From Minisyncoccota bacterium (GTDB lineage: Bacteria; Patescibacteriota; Minisyncoccia; JAHIHE01; JAGLIN01): 64,000 bases of DNA. The notes beneath the pieces are model-generated. The model was not told the DNA's origin. It was given only the letters and a program-made list of their open reading frames with translations, and made no database searches. The DNA lies in assembly GCA_023142995.1 (NCBI GenBank), contig JAGLIM010000006.1, positions 32,577-96,576 on the forward strand, in the 5' to 3' direction. This document shows, one piece after another, positions 55,333-63,680 of the stretch. The position numbers and the translations under genes are program-made. Numbering within the stretch: the first letter of the stretch is position 1; every line of letters starts with the position of its first letter.

Positions 55333-56634
55333 ATGCTTGGAATTTTTGAAAAATATTATAATTTATATTCTTGGTTTCCAAGAATGGAAAAAACCACCTT
55401 TGATGTTTCATTGGTGCATTTTTTATTGATGTTTGGATATAAACTCTTTTCGTTATATTATCCACTTTTTTTAATTTCAATTGGATTTTCAATTCTAAAT
55501 ATAGGAAGTATATATCTGCTTACATATTCTGTGATCGCTATTTCTTCTGTGATCATAAATTTCTATATTCATAGATTTAATCCTTCAAAAATCGCGGCGC
55601 TTGGGATCTTCGGATATGGAATTTTCGCGCTATTGATGATTATAAGTCATAATTTAATGGTTTTTTATATTGCTCAGATAATTCTTGGTTTTTCTGCGGC
55701 GGCGTGGCTGGTATCTTTGAAATTGATTTTAATGAAAGCTAAAACTCAAAGCAAAAATCGCAGTTTCGGGTGGTTTTATTCAATGCCTCATTATGCGGCA
55801 GCGGTTGCTCCAGCTATTGGCGGATTGATTATTTGGAAGTTTGGTTTCATAGGAGTTTTTACTTTAAGTGTTTTAATTCAGTTTGCTAATGCGTTTTATG
55901 CTTATAAAAAGTTGAATGGAAAATCCCATTGTTGGCTCCATAGTCCCGATAGGGCTGTGGAGCCTATTGCGCAAAAAGGCTCCACATTAACACACCCCTT
56001 ACCTCTCTCAAGAGGGGACTCGCCACAATGGAGCCAACGCATCAGAAAAAACTACAGCGAGATTCTAAAGATCATAAGATCAGATAAAGCTTTTATTTCA
56101 ATTTTGATCTCTCTGTTTTTTGTTTTAATTCTTGGAGGAATTTATAGGGCATTTTTTATTTTGTTCTTAAAAGATATGTCTTTTTCTCAAGAGGAGATAA
56201 TCAAATTTATCATTTTAGCTTCAGTTGCTTATTTTCCTCTTTCGGTATTAGTTATAAAAATAATTGAGAAATTAAAAAGTAGAAAAATTATTAGTGGAGG
56301 AATATTAGTTGAAGGAACGGCAACAATTGTTTTTGGAATTTTTGCAAATATAATGAACCTATTCGGATTATTTATGATTATGATAATTGATTCTCTTGGA
56401 GCATTGGCGCTTGGAAGCGGGAAAAGCGCTTTGCTTTCCAAGAAATTGAAAAATTATAAAGAGGAAGCATCAACAATAGATACTGTTTTAACGACTCTTG
56501 GTCCAGCGATTGGTGCTTTTGTTGGAGGCATTGCGATCTCATATATTGGGTTTGGGAATACATTTTTGTTTGCGGGAATAATTGTGTTTGTAATGGGGAT
56601 TGCTTCTTATTCTTTTAAGCTGAACGGTCATTGA
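55333..56634 (+). CDS. MFS-type transporter. It carries an in-frame palindromic-element insertion in the central loop.
   Basis: 12 TM helices arranged 6+6. The central loop contains WLHSPDRAVEPIAQKGSTLTHPLPLSRGDSPQWSQR. Confidence 0.7.
   Translation: MLGIFEKYYNLYSWFPRMEKTTFDVSLVHFLLMFGYKLFSLYYPLFLISIGFSILNIGSIYLLTYSVIAISSVIINFYIHRFNPSKIAALGIFGYGIFALLMIISHNLMVFYIAQIILGFSAAAWLVSLKLILMKAKTQSKNRSFGWFYSMPHYAAAVAPAIGGLIIWKFGFIGVFTLSVLIQFANAFYAYKKLNGKSHCWLHSPDRAVEPIAQKGSTLTHPLPLSRGDSPQWSQRIRKNYSEILKIIRSDKAFISILISLFFVLILGGIYRAFFILFLKDMSFSQEEIIKFIILASVAYFPLSVLVIKIIEKLKSRKIISGGILVEGTATIVFGIFANIMNLFGLFMIMIIDSLGALALGSGKSALLSKKLKNYKEEASTIDTVLTTLGPAIGAFVGGIAISYIGFGNTFLFAGIIVFVMGIASYSFKLNGH
55932..56037 (+). 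repeat. Palindromic repeat element, 106 bp, with perfect 10-bp terminal inverted repeats TTGGCTCCAT / ATGGAGCCAA. It is inserted in-frame in the MFS gene.
   Basis: The same 5' hairpin module occurs in the murB copy and at 58821-58848. The 3' half ACACACCCCTTACCTCTCTCAAGAGGGGA matches 45120-45170, 55290-55330 and 12724-12746 (reversed). Confidence 0.7.
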
Positions 56635-56792
56635 CGCATATTTGTTATCATGCTATTTTAAATTTAGATAATAGATTATATGAGAACTATGCAAAACTAT
56701 AAACAACAATATACAATAGAAGCTATGGAAATGATGATGGAATTACTGCATTAGTAGTTTGTTTTTAGTTTGTTTGCAAAGTAAATTAAGAA

Positions 56793-56822
56793 GAAACTGC
56801 TAAAGGCAGTTTTTTGTTTTGT
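56793..56822 (+). terminator. Rho-independent terminator.
   Basis: GAAACTGC-taaag-GCAGTTT followed by TTTTGTTTT. Confidence 0.5.
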
Positions 56823-56869
56823 GAATTTTATAAAAATAAAAATTATTAAGATCAAAGAGGTGGTTTATA

Positions 56870-57499
56870 ATGACGGAATCAGAAGCAAGATCGTTTTTGT
56901 TTTCTCCAAAAAGAAAAGAGAAATTAACAAAAACTGAGGAGAGTTTAGCACATTCCTGTGAAGCTTATATCTCTACGCAGTTTAATATAACTGTGTGTGA
57001 GATGGAAAGAAATCTTTCTTTATGCACAGAAGAGAGAAAACAGTTGGATAAAAAGTTATTTACTGCGAAACAAGATTTACAGCAAGCTTGGGAACATTCT
57101 GAAGAGTGCTTAGGACTTAGTCGTTTTAAGTGGTCTGAGCAACTTAGAAGAACTGTACGCAAGACGGATAGAGAAATTTCTTTATGCATTAAAGAACTCA
57201 GGCAAATCCAGAATCTATATTTGGAAAAAATATTTGAAATTCAAATGATTAAAAAGGAGTTGAGATCATTTGAGTCTTCAAGAAGAGGAATATCTGGTAA
57301 GCTTGAAAATGACATTAAGGAACTTTTGTTTGCACAAGAAATTTATGATATTCAAGTTTCAGATGGTGTGCTCAAGGTAATGATAGATATATTAAAAAGT
57401 GGGAGAAAGATTACTAGCGGTGCCAATATTTGTCATGGAGATTGCGTGAAATGTCAAAATAAAAACTGTCTAAAAATAGATAGTATAAAAACAGATTGA
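56870..57499 (+). CDS. Coiled-coil protein with a C-terminal Cys cluster, hypothetical.
   Basis: CHGDCVKCQNKNC tail. No family recognised. Confidence 0.45.
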   Translation: MTESEARSFLFSPKRKEKLTKTEESLAHSCEAYISTQFNITVCEMERNLSLCTEERKQLDKKLFTAKQDLQQAWEHSEECLGLSRFKWSEQLRRTVRKTDREISLCIKELRQIQNLYLEKIFEIQMIKKELRSFESSRRGISGKLENDIKELLFAQEIYDIQVSDGVLKVMIDILKSGRKITSGANICHGDCVKCQNKNCLKIDSIKTD

Positions 57500-57630
57500 G
57501 AGATGTAATAAATCTCTCTCTTTTTTTATTCTAAAATTCTAATTTTGTTAATATGATTATATGATATTTCTCTTGATAAATACAAAATCTATGCTATTAT
57601 GAATTGTAGTTAAATAATAACAAAAACAAA

Positions 57631-58053
57631 ATGAATATTATTATAAAAGGTACAAATCTAGAGTTACACGAGGATTTAAAGGCTTATGCTAATGAAAAGA
57701 TCGGTGGATTGAAAAAATTCATTGAAAATGATAACATTAACGAAAATAGTATTATAGCAAGAGTTGAGCTTGCGAAAACCACACAACATCATCAACAAGG
57801 AGATATATATAAAGCGGAAGTTAATTTGCAATTTCCAGGAAAAATGATCAGGAGTGTTGATGAAAGTGATGATATTTACAAATCAATTGATAAAGTAAAA
57901 GACGAGCTTAGGGGAATGATAACGAGCTATAAAGATGAAAAAATGACAAAGACAAGAAGAGGAGCAAGAATGATAAAAAGATTAAAAGGAATTTCTCCGC
58001 TTGCTTGGGCAAAAGGGGAATTTAGGAAATTTGGTCTCAGAAAAAAGAGATAA
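57631..58053 (+). CDS. hpf: Ribosome hibernation promoting factor / RaiA family.
   Basis: MNIIIKGTNLELHEDLKAYANEKIGGLKKF...ARVELAKT...YKAEVNLQFPG. Confidence 0.85.
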   Translation: MNIIIKGTNLELHEDLKAYANEKIGGLKKFIENDNINENSIIARVELAKTTQHHQQGDIYKAEVNLQFPGKMIRSVDESDDIYKSIDKVKDELRGMITSYKDEKMTKTRRGARMIKRLKGISPLAWAKGEFRKFGLRKKR

Positions 58054-58088
58054 AAATGATGTTTTTATAATAGTTATCTTGTAGGAAT

Positions 58089-58245
58089 TTTTGCGGGAAC
58101 GGATTTGCCTGTCCGCCTTGGGAGGGTAATCCGTTTCTGATGTTTTGAAAATAAGTAAAATTATATTGCAAATTTTATTTTTGTAAAAACGAAAAATGAA
58201 ATTTCAAAACAAAAGGAACTGTTTGTAAAATAGTTCCCACAAAAT
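58089..58245 (+). repeat. 'GCGGGAAC-hairpin' element, copy C2, with GTCCGCCTTGGGAGGG in the hairpin loop.
   Basis: TTGCGGGAACGGATTTGCCTGTCCGCCTTGGGAGGGTAATCCGTTTCTGATGTTTTG...GGAACTGTTTGTAAAATAGTTCC. Confidence 0.45.
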
Positions 58246-58272
58246 ATAAGAGGTAAATAAATGAATGAATGA

Positions 58273-58641
58273 ATGAATAAATTAACAAATGAACAACTAG
58301 TAAAGATGAAAAAATGGAAAAGAATAGACATTTTTATTATTCGTGTTATTTTGATTTGGTTTTTGTTTTCAATAATAATAATTTTTTGTTTGCCTGTTTC
58401 TTATGAAAGATTTGGTGAAGTGTGTAAATTTGTGTTTTTTGCTAATTGTATTTTACTTACAATGGAAATAATGCATCATAATTTTTTTAGATGTCCGTGT
58501 TGTGGTGCTTACCAAAAACTAGGACAGCTTAATTGTATTCATCCATATTTTGTTAATTCTTTTCCTAAATTTCCTTTAAGGTGTCGAAAATGTGATGTTT
58601 TGTTTCAATACGAATCTGAAGTTTTGGAGTCAGATTTCTAA
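58273..58641 (+). CDS. Membrane protein with a zinc-ribbon, hypothetical.
   Basis: Two TM helices followed by CPCCGAYQK...RCRKCDV. Confidence 0.4.
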   Translation: MNKLTNEQLVKMKKWKRIDIFIIRVILIWFLFSIIIIFCLPVSYERFGEVCKFVFFANCILLTMEIMHHNFFRCPCCGAYQKLGQLNCIHPYFVNSFPKFPLRCRKCDVLFQYESEVLESDF

Positions 58642-58820
58642 TTAACATATACATTTTACTTTATAACTTTATTCACCCAGTTAAATTGCTTTGCACTTCA
58701 CTTTAGTGAAGATTTAACAGGATAAAATTTTAACTTTAGTTGAGTTGGGTAAAAGTGGAATTTAAGAAGATTAGGAGGAATAGAGATAAGAGATAGAAAG
58801 CATTTTTGGAACTCTCGTTA

Positions 58821-58848
58821 GCTCCATAGTCCCGTAGGGCTGTGGAGT
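58821..58848. repeat. Solo copy of the GCTCCATAGTCCCGTAGGGCTGTGGAG hairpin module.
   Basis: It matches the 5' module of the intragenic elements in murB and the MFS gene. Confidence 0.5.
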
Positions 58849-58980
58849 CTGAATGCAAGCTGGTGATATTTCTTAAAATTTATTTTTTATACAAATCCTT
58901 GCATTAAAGGTTCGCTGTGTGCTGGTTAAGGATTCTGTCCTGAACCAATAACAAAAATATGCGCTTGCCAAGTTAAATTT

Positions 58981-59080
58981 TTGCGGGAACTGTTTTGTAA
59001 ACAGTTTCTAATGTTTTCTAAGCAAATAAATATTGTTGCATTTTCAAAACATTAGAAACTGGTTAAAAAAACCAGTTTCT
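58981..59080 (+). repeat. 'GCGGGAAC-hairpin' element, copy C3.
   Basis: TTGCGGGAACTGTTTTGTAAACAGTTTCTAATGTTTTCTAAGC...AAACTGGTTAAAAAAACCAGTTTC. Confidence 0.45.
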
Positions 59081-59166
59081 GTGATGAAGAAATTTTTGAC
59101 AATAAAAAAAGAGACTCGGTTTCTCTGAAATGCGGTAGAGATACCGAGCCGTATTGTTGTTATTTT

Positions 59167-59364
59167 TTATTTGTTCCTTTTTTCAATCATTCTTATAATT
59201 GTGAAAAGGAGGAATGTTATACCTATAACGGTTGCAACACCATATAGGAAACATTCTATTCCTAACACTATGTCTATTATGCACAGTAGACATAGTATTA
59301 TAATGTCTATGAAGAAAATAGCTGTTTCTATTTTCTTCCTGTCTATTGTTATTTGCATTATCAT
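59167..59364 (-). CDS. Small 2-TM membrane peptide (65 aa), hypothetical.
   Basis: Its start ATG overlaps the TGA of an upstream 38-aa ORF as ATGA. There is a bidirectional hairpin terminator at 59118-59166. Confidence 0.3.
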   Translation of the reverse strand: MIMQITIDRKKIETAIFFIDIIILCLLCIIDIVLGIECFLYGVATVIGITFLLFTIIRMIEKRNK

Positions 59365-59477
59365 TTCCTTCTTACTTTTCTTTCTCCGTGATACTCAGCT
59401 CTTTTTCTTTCATTCTCTTGCATCGCTAATTCTAGCTCTCCATCATTATTTGCGACCTCTTCTAGAAATGCTGTCAT
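59361..59477 (-). CDS. Small hydrophilic peptide (38 aa) translationally coupled to the downstream membrane peptide. Not in the ORF track.
   Basis: MTAFLEEVANNDGELELAMQENERKRAEYHGERKVRRK. The minus strand is strongly purine-rich across 59365-59570, which looks mRNA-like. Confidence 0.25.
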   Translation of the reverse strand: MTAFLEEVANNDGELELAMQENERKRAEYHGERKVRRK

Positions 59478-59621
59478 TACTGTGTTTGCAATTTCGTCTC
59501 TTCTTTACATATTTATTCCTCTTGTTCTTCTTATATCGCCTCTCATATTCTTTTCCTCCTTAACTAAATTATCAAATAACATTCAAATACTGACTAACTA
59601 ATTTATCATAAAATTAAAACT

Positions 59622-62276
59622 ATGTCAAGTCTTTTAAACAAAATCTTCGGAGACCCAAATGAGAAAGAATTGAAAAAAATTAAGCCGATTGTTGATGAGA
59701 TAAATAAACTGGAAGAGAAATTCCAAGGTTTTTCTGATGAGGAATTAAAAAATCAGACTAAGATATTCAGAGAAAGATTAGAAAAAAATGAAACACTTGA
59801 TCAAATTTTACCAGAAGCTTTTGCTGTCGTGCGAGAAACATCAAAAAGAGTAATGAGCCAAAGACATTATGATGTTCAGTTGATTGGCGGGATTGTTTTG
59901 CATCAAGGAAAGATCTCTGAAATGAAAACTGGAGAAGGAAAGACTCTTGTTTCAACTTTGTCTATATATTTAAATGCGATATCTGGTAAGGGAGTTCATC
60001 TTGTTACTGTTAATGATTATTTATCTAAAAGAGATGCCAACTGGATGGCGCCCATTTATCATTTTTTAGGATTGAGTGTTGGTGTGATTCAGCATGATGT
60101 ATCATACTTGTTTGATCCGCAAACAAAACCAGATGAAAACGAAGTAACAGTTGAAATGGAAAACTTAAAAGAAATAACTCGGAAAGAGGCTTATGCTTGT
60201 GATATCACTTATGGAACGAATAATGAATTTGGATTTGATTATTTAAGGGACAATATGGCAGTTAACAAGTCTCAAATGGTTCAGAGAGAGCTTAATTATG
60301 CAATTGTAGATGAGGTGGATAGTATTTTGATTGACGAAGCAAGAACTCCTTTGATCATATCTGCGCCTGATTCTGAATCAAGCACGATGTATGAGACATT
60401 TTCAAGAATCGTTCCACGATTAGAAAACGAACAAGATTATACAATTGATGAGAAAATGAGGGCTGTTAGTTTGACAGATAGTGGAATTGAAAGAGTGGAA
60501 AAAATGTTGAATATGAAAGATATTTATAATGAAGGAGGATTAATGTTCGTTCATCATCTTGAGCAAGCTTTAAAAGCAGAAATTATTTTTAAAAAAGATA
60601 AAGATTATGTTGTTAAAGAAGGAGAAGTTGTTATTATTGATGAATTTACAGGAAGAACAATGCCTGGAAGAAGATTCAGTGAAGGTCTTCATCAGGCAAT
60701 TGAAGCAAAAGAAAATGTAAAAGTTCAAAAAGAAAGCAGAACTTTGGCAACGATAACCTTTCAAAATTATTTCAGACTATATGACAAACTTGCAGGGATG
60801 ACAGGAACTGCCGTGACCAATGCAGAAGAATTTTCAAAAGTATATAGTTTAGATGTTATTATTATTCCAACGAATAAAATATTAAAAAGAATTGATAGAG
60901 TTGATTCGGTGTATAAAAATGAAAATGGAAAATTTACAGCTCTGATAAGGGAAATTACAAAAAGAAACGAAAAAGGACAACCTGTGCTTGTTGGAACGAT
61001 CTCAATTGAAAAATCTGAATTATTAAGCGAGCTTTTAAAGAAAGAAGGGATATCTCATGAAGTATTAAATGCAAAATATCATGAAAAAGAAGCATTGATA
61101 ATCTCTAATGCTGGACAAAAAGGAGCAGTCACAATTGCAACTAATATGGCAGGACGTGGAACAGATATAAAATTAGAGAAAGGTGCAGAAGAATTGGGTG
61201 GTCTTTGTATTTTTGCAACAGAAAGGCACGAAGCAAGAAGAATTGATAATCAGCTCAGAGGAAGGTCTGGTCGTCAAGGAGAGCCAGGGGAGACTCAGTT
61301 TTTTGTTTCTATGGAAGATCATCTTATGCGTGTTTTTGGTTCTGATAAAATGAAAATGATGATGGATAAGTTGGGAATTGAAGAAGATATGCCGATTGAG
61401 AATTCTTTTATTTCAAAATCTATTGAAAATGCTCAGACAAAAATTGAAGGTTATAACTTTGATATCAGAAAGCATGTTTTAGATTATGATGATGTGATGA
61501 ACAGACAAAGAGAAATTGTCTATAAGAAACGAAGAGAGGTTTTGGAAATCACTGAAAGCATTGAAAAAACAGATAAACAGATCACTAAAGATAATTTTCC
61601 TGATCTATTAAAATTAAAAGATAAGATATTAGAAATGTTTGAAAACCAATCTCAATATATTGCTTCGGTTCATAGCGCAGAAAGCAGAAGCAATTGGGAT
61701 ATAAAAGGAATATTGGAGGCAGTTAATAAAGTTGTGCCAGTAAACGGAGATTTTGAAAAAGAAGTAAAAGATAATATAAATTCTGACAAACCAGATGAAG
61801 AAGTGAGAAGTCTTATCACTGATCTGACCTTTAAAATTTTCTCTGATGCTTATAATAAAAGAGAAGATGAGATTGGATATGAAGCTGCGAGACAAATTGA
61901 AAAAATGGTAATTTTGAAAAACATTGATATGCTTTGGATGGAGCATCTTGATTCAATGGATTCTTTGCGGGATGGTATTGGACTTCAGGGCTATGGACAG
62001 AAAGATCCATTAGTAGAATACAAAAAAGAAAGTTATAGAATGTTCCAGACATTATTGGGAAGCATTGAAGAAAATGTCCTCTCATCTATATTCAAAGTTC
62101 AAGTTGTAAAAAAAGTTGAGTCTCCTATGGAGAACAAAAATATTTCCACAAGTGGAGGCGCAGAAGAATCTGCATCTCCAATTGGTCCACAGAAAAAAAT
62201 TAAGAAAATAGGAAGAAATGATCCTTGTCCTTGCGGAAGCGGAAAGAAATATAAAAAATGTTGCGGTACATCTTAG
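59622..62276 (+). CDS. secA: Preprotein translocase ATPase SecA.
   Basis: Full-length DEAD-like motor (MKTGEGKT, DEVDSILIDEARTPLIIS) and the C-terminal zinc-binding CPCGSGKKYKKCCG. Confidence 0.95.
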   Translation: MSSLLNKIFGDPNEKELKKIKPIVDEINKLEEKFQGFSDEELKNQTKIFRERLEKNETLDQILPEAFAVVRETSKRVMSQRHYDVQLIGGIVLHQGKISEMKTGEGKTLVSTLSIYLNAISGKGVHLVTVNDYLSKRDANWMAPIYHFLGLSVGVIQHDVSYLFDPQTKPDENEVTVEMENLKEITRKEAYACDITYGTNNEFGFDYLRDNMAVNKSQMVQRELNYAIVDEVDSILIDEARTPLIISAPDSESSTMYETFSRIVPRLENEQDYTIDEKMRAVSLTDSGIERVEKMLNMKDIYNEGGLMFVHHLEQALKAEIIFKKDKDYVVKEGEVVIIDEFTGRTMPGRRFSEGLHQAIEAKENVKVQKESRTLATITFQNYFRLYDKLAGMTGTAVTNAEEFSKVYSLDVIIIPTNKILKRIDRVDSVYKNENGKFTALIREITKRNEKGQPVLVGTISIEKSELLSELLKKEGISHEVLNAKYHEKEALIISNAGQKGAVTIATNMAGRGTDIKLEKGAEELGGLCIFATERHEARRIDNQLRGRSGRQGEPGETQFFVSMEDHLMRVFGSDKMKMMMDKLGIEEDMPIENSFISKSIENAQTKIEGYNFDIRKHVLDYDDVMNRQREIVYKKRREVLEITESIEKTDKQITKDNFPDLLKLKDKILEMFENQSQYIASVHSAESRSNWDIKGILEAVNKVVPVNGDFEKEVKDNINSDKPDEEVRSLITDLTFKIFSDAYNKREDEIGYEAARQIEKMVILKNIDMLWMEHLDSMDSLRDGIGLQGYGQKDPLVEYKKESYRMFQTLLGSIEENVLSSIFKVQVVKKVESPMENKNISTSGGAEESASPIGPQKKIKKIGRNDPCPCGSGKKYKKCCGTS

Positions 62277-62317
62277 CATTTTAACATGTTAACATTTTAA
62301 CATTTTAACAAAAGTTT

Positions 62318-62347
62318 GTCATTCCTGCGGAGGCAGGAATCCAGTTA
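62318..62347 (+). repeat. 'TGTCATTC + hairpin' unit (TGTCATTCCTGCGGAGGCAGGAATCCAGTT). An inverted partner lies at 63316-63350.
   Basis: The two copies flank the dehydrogenase gene in inverted orientation. Related units follow + gene stops at 9801, 20263 and 22929, and there is another at 63391-63420. Confidence 0.45.
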
Positions 62348-62378
62348 ATTTCAATAAACAATATTTTTCATTGACATT

Positions 62379-63284
62379 ATGCAAATAGTAATAATACGAA
62401 ATTTTGATTTTACGCCAAAGCAAATAGAACGCTTAAAGAAATTAGGCGATGTTAAATTTTATGGTGACTCTCCTATTACCAAAGAAGAATGGTTAAATAT
62501 AGCGAAAGAAGCGGATATTATTTGTAGTGGAAATTTTGGCTTAAAATATAACTTAAATAAATTAAAAAATGTTTTTATAACATATCCCTTTGTTGCTCTT
62601 GATGGTATTAATATTGAACAGTTGAAAAGAAATAATATTACATTGGCAAATAGTCCTGGTTGTAATAAAGATGCTGTGTCAGAATGGGTTATATCTATGA
62701 TCTTAAATTTATTTAGAAAATTTCCCCAGTTTATTAAAAATAATAATTTGCCAAAAGGTGAGATGCCAGAAATAACACAGAGTATTAAAAATAAAAATAT
62801 AACTATTTTAGGAAAAGGTAATATTGGATCAAGAGTTGGTAAATTATGCGAAACTTTTGGAATGAATATTGTATTTTTTGAAAGAGGAGATAATTTATTA
62901 GAGAAGGTTAAGAATGCGGATATGATAGTTAATTGTTTGAGTCCAAACGAAGGCACGGTTAATTTGCTAAATAAAAATTTCTTTTTCTCTTTAAAAAAAG
63001 ATTCTTATTTTATAACTTTTACAAAAAAAGAAATATATAATTCTGATGCAATGATAGAAGCTTTGGATAAAAATATTTTAAGCGGAGTTGCTGATGATTG
63101 TGCAAGTGAAATAGTTGGAGATATTTATAATGATTATTATCAAAAATTATTAAAGCACAAAAAGATTTTAGTAACTCCGCATATTGCGTGGAGCGCTGAT
63201 AGTTCTATCTACAATGGAAATGAAATGGTTATTGATAATATTGAAGCGTGGATAAATGGATGTCCGCAAAATCTGATTGAATAA
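62379..63284 (+). CDS. D-isomer-specific 2-hydroxyacid dehydrogenase family (NAD-binding).
   Basis: ITILGKGNIGSRVGKL Rossmann motif and C-terminal VTPHIAWS. Confidence 0.8.
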   Translation: MQIVIIRNFDFTPKQIERLKKLGDVKFYGDSPITKEEWLNIAKEADIICSGNFGLKYNLNKLKNVFITYPFVALDGINIEQLKRNNITLANSPGCNKDAVSEWVISMILNLFRKFPQFIKNNNLPKGEMPEITQSIKNKNITILGKGNIGSRVGKLCETFGMNIVFFERGDNLLEKVKNADMIVNCLSPNEGTVNLLNKNFFFSLKKDSYFITFTKKEIYNSDAMIEALDKNILSGVADDCASEIVGDIYNDYYQKLLKHKKILVTPHIAWSADSSIYNGNEMVIDNIEAWINGCPQNLIE

Positions 63285-63422
63285 AAGATTACGAAAAATA
63301 TCACTTAATTGAGACAAACTGGATTCCCGCCTCCGCGGGAATGACAGGTTTTGTCTTGTGAAGTAAATAATAGATAAAACCAAAAATACAAAAGATCCTG
63401 AGACAAGGATGACAAAATTTTA

Positions 63423-63556
63423 AGCGGGAACGGATTTGCAATCCGTTTCTAATGTTTTGAAAGCAGGTTAAATTGTATTATGAATTGTGTTTATATAAAA
63501 AACGCAAAACGAAACTTAAAAACAAAAAAACTGGTTTCAAACCAGTTCTCGCTAGT
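63423..63556 (+). repeat. 'GCGGGAAC-hairpin' element, copy C4.
   Basis: AGCGGGAACGGATTTGCAATCCGTTTCTAATGTTTTGAAAGC...AAACTGGTTTCAAACCAGTTCTCGC. Confidence 0.45.
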
Positions 63557-63680
63557 GTTTAGTGTTAAATTTGACAATCTAGCAATTCTAATATAAATTT
63601 AATCTTATAAGCAATAAACAAATAATAGAAAAAAGCAGTTTTTCTAACTTTACGAACTTTTAACTTACTAACTCCGTTCT

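Noticed and set aside
58650-59160. A CRISPR array or rRNA fragment in the long gene-free, repeat-rich spacer.
   Set aside because: There are no regularly spaced identical direct repeats. The repeats are heterogeneous hairpin elements (a GCTCCATAG module and a GCGGGAAC family). No rRNA-like conserved stretches were recognised.
59171-59563. The + strand 130-aa ORF upstream of secA.
   Set aside because: It is a poly-pyrimidine-encoded low-complexity L/F/S-rich sequence. The minus strand is purine-rich and has an SD-preceded coupled pair of small ORFs.
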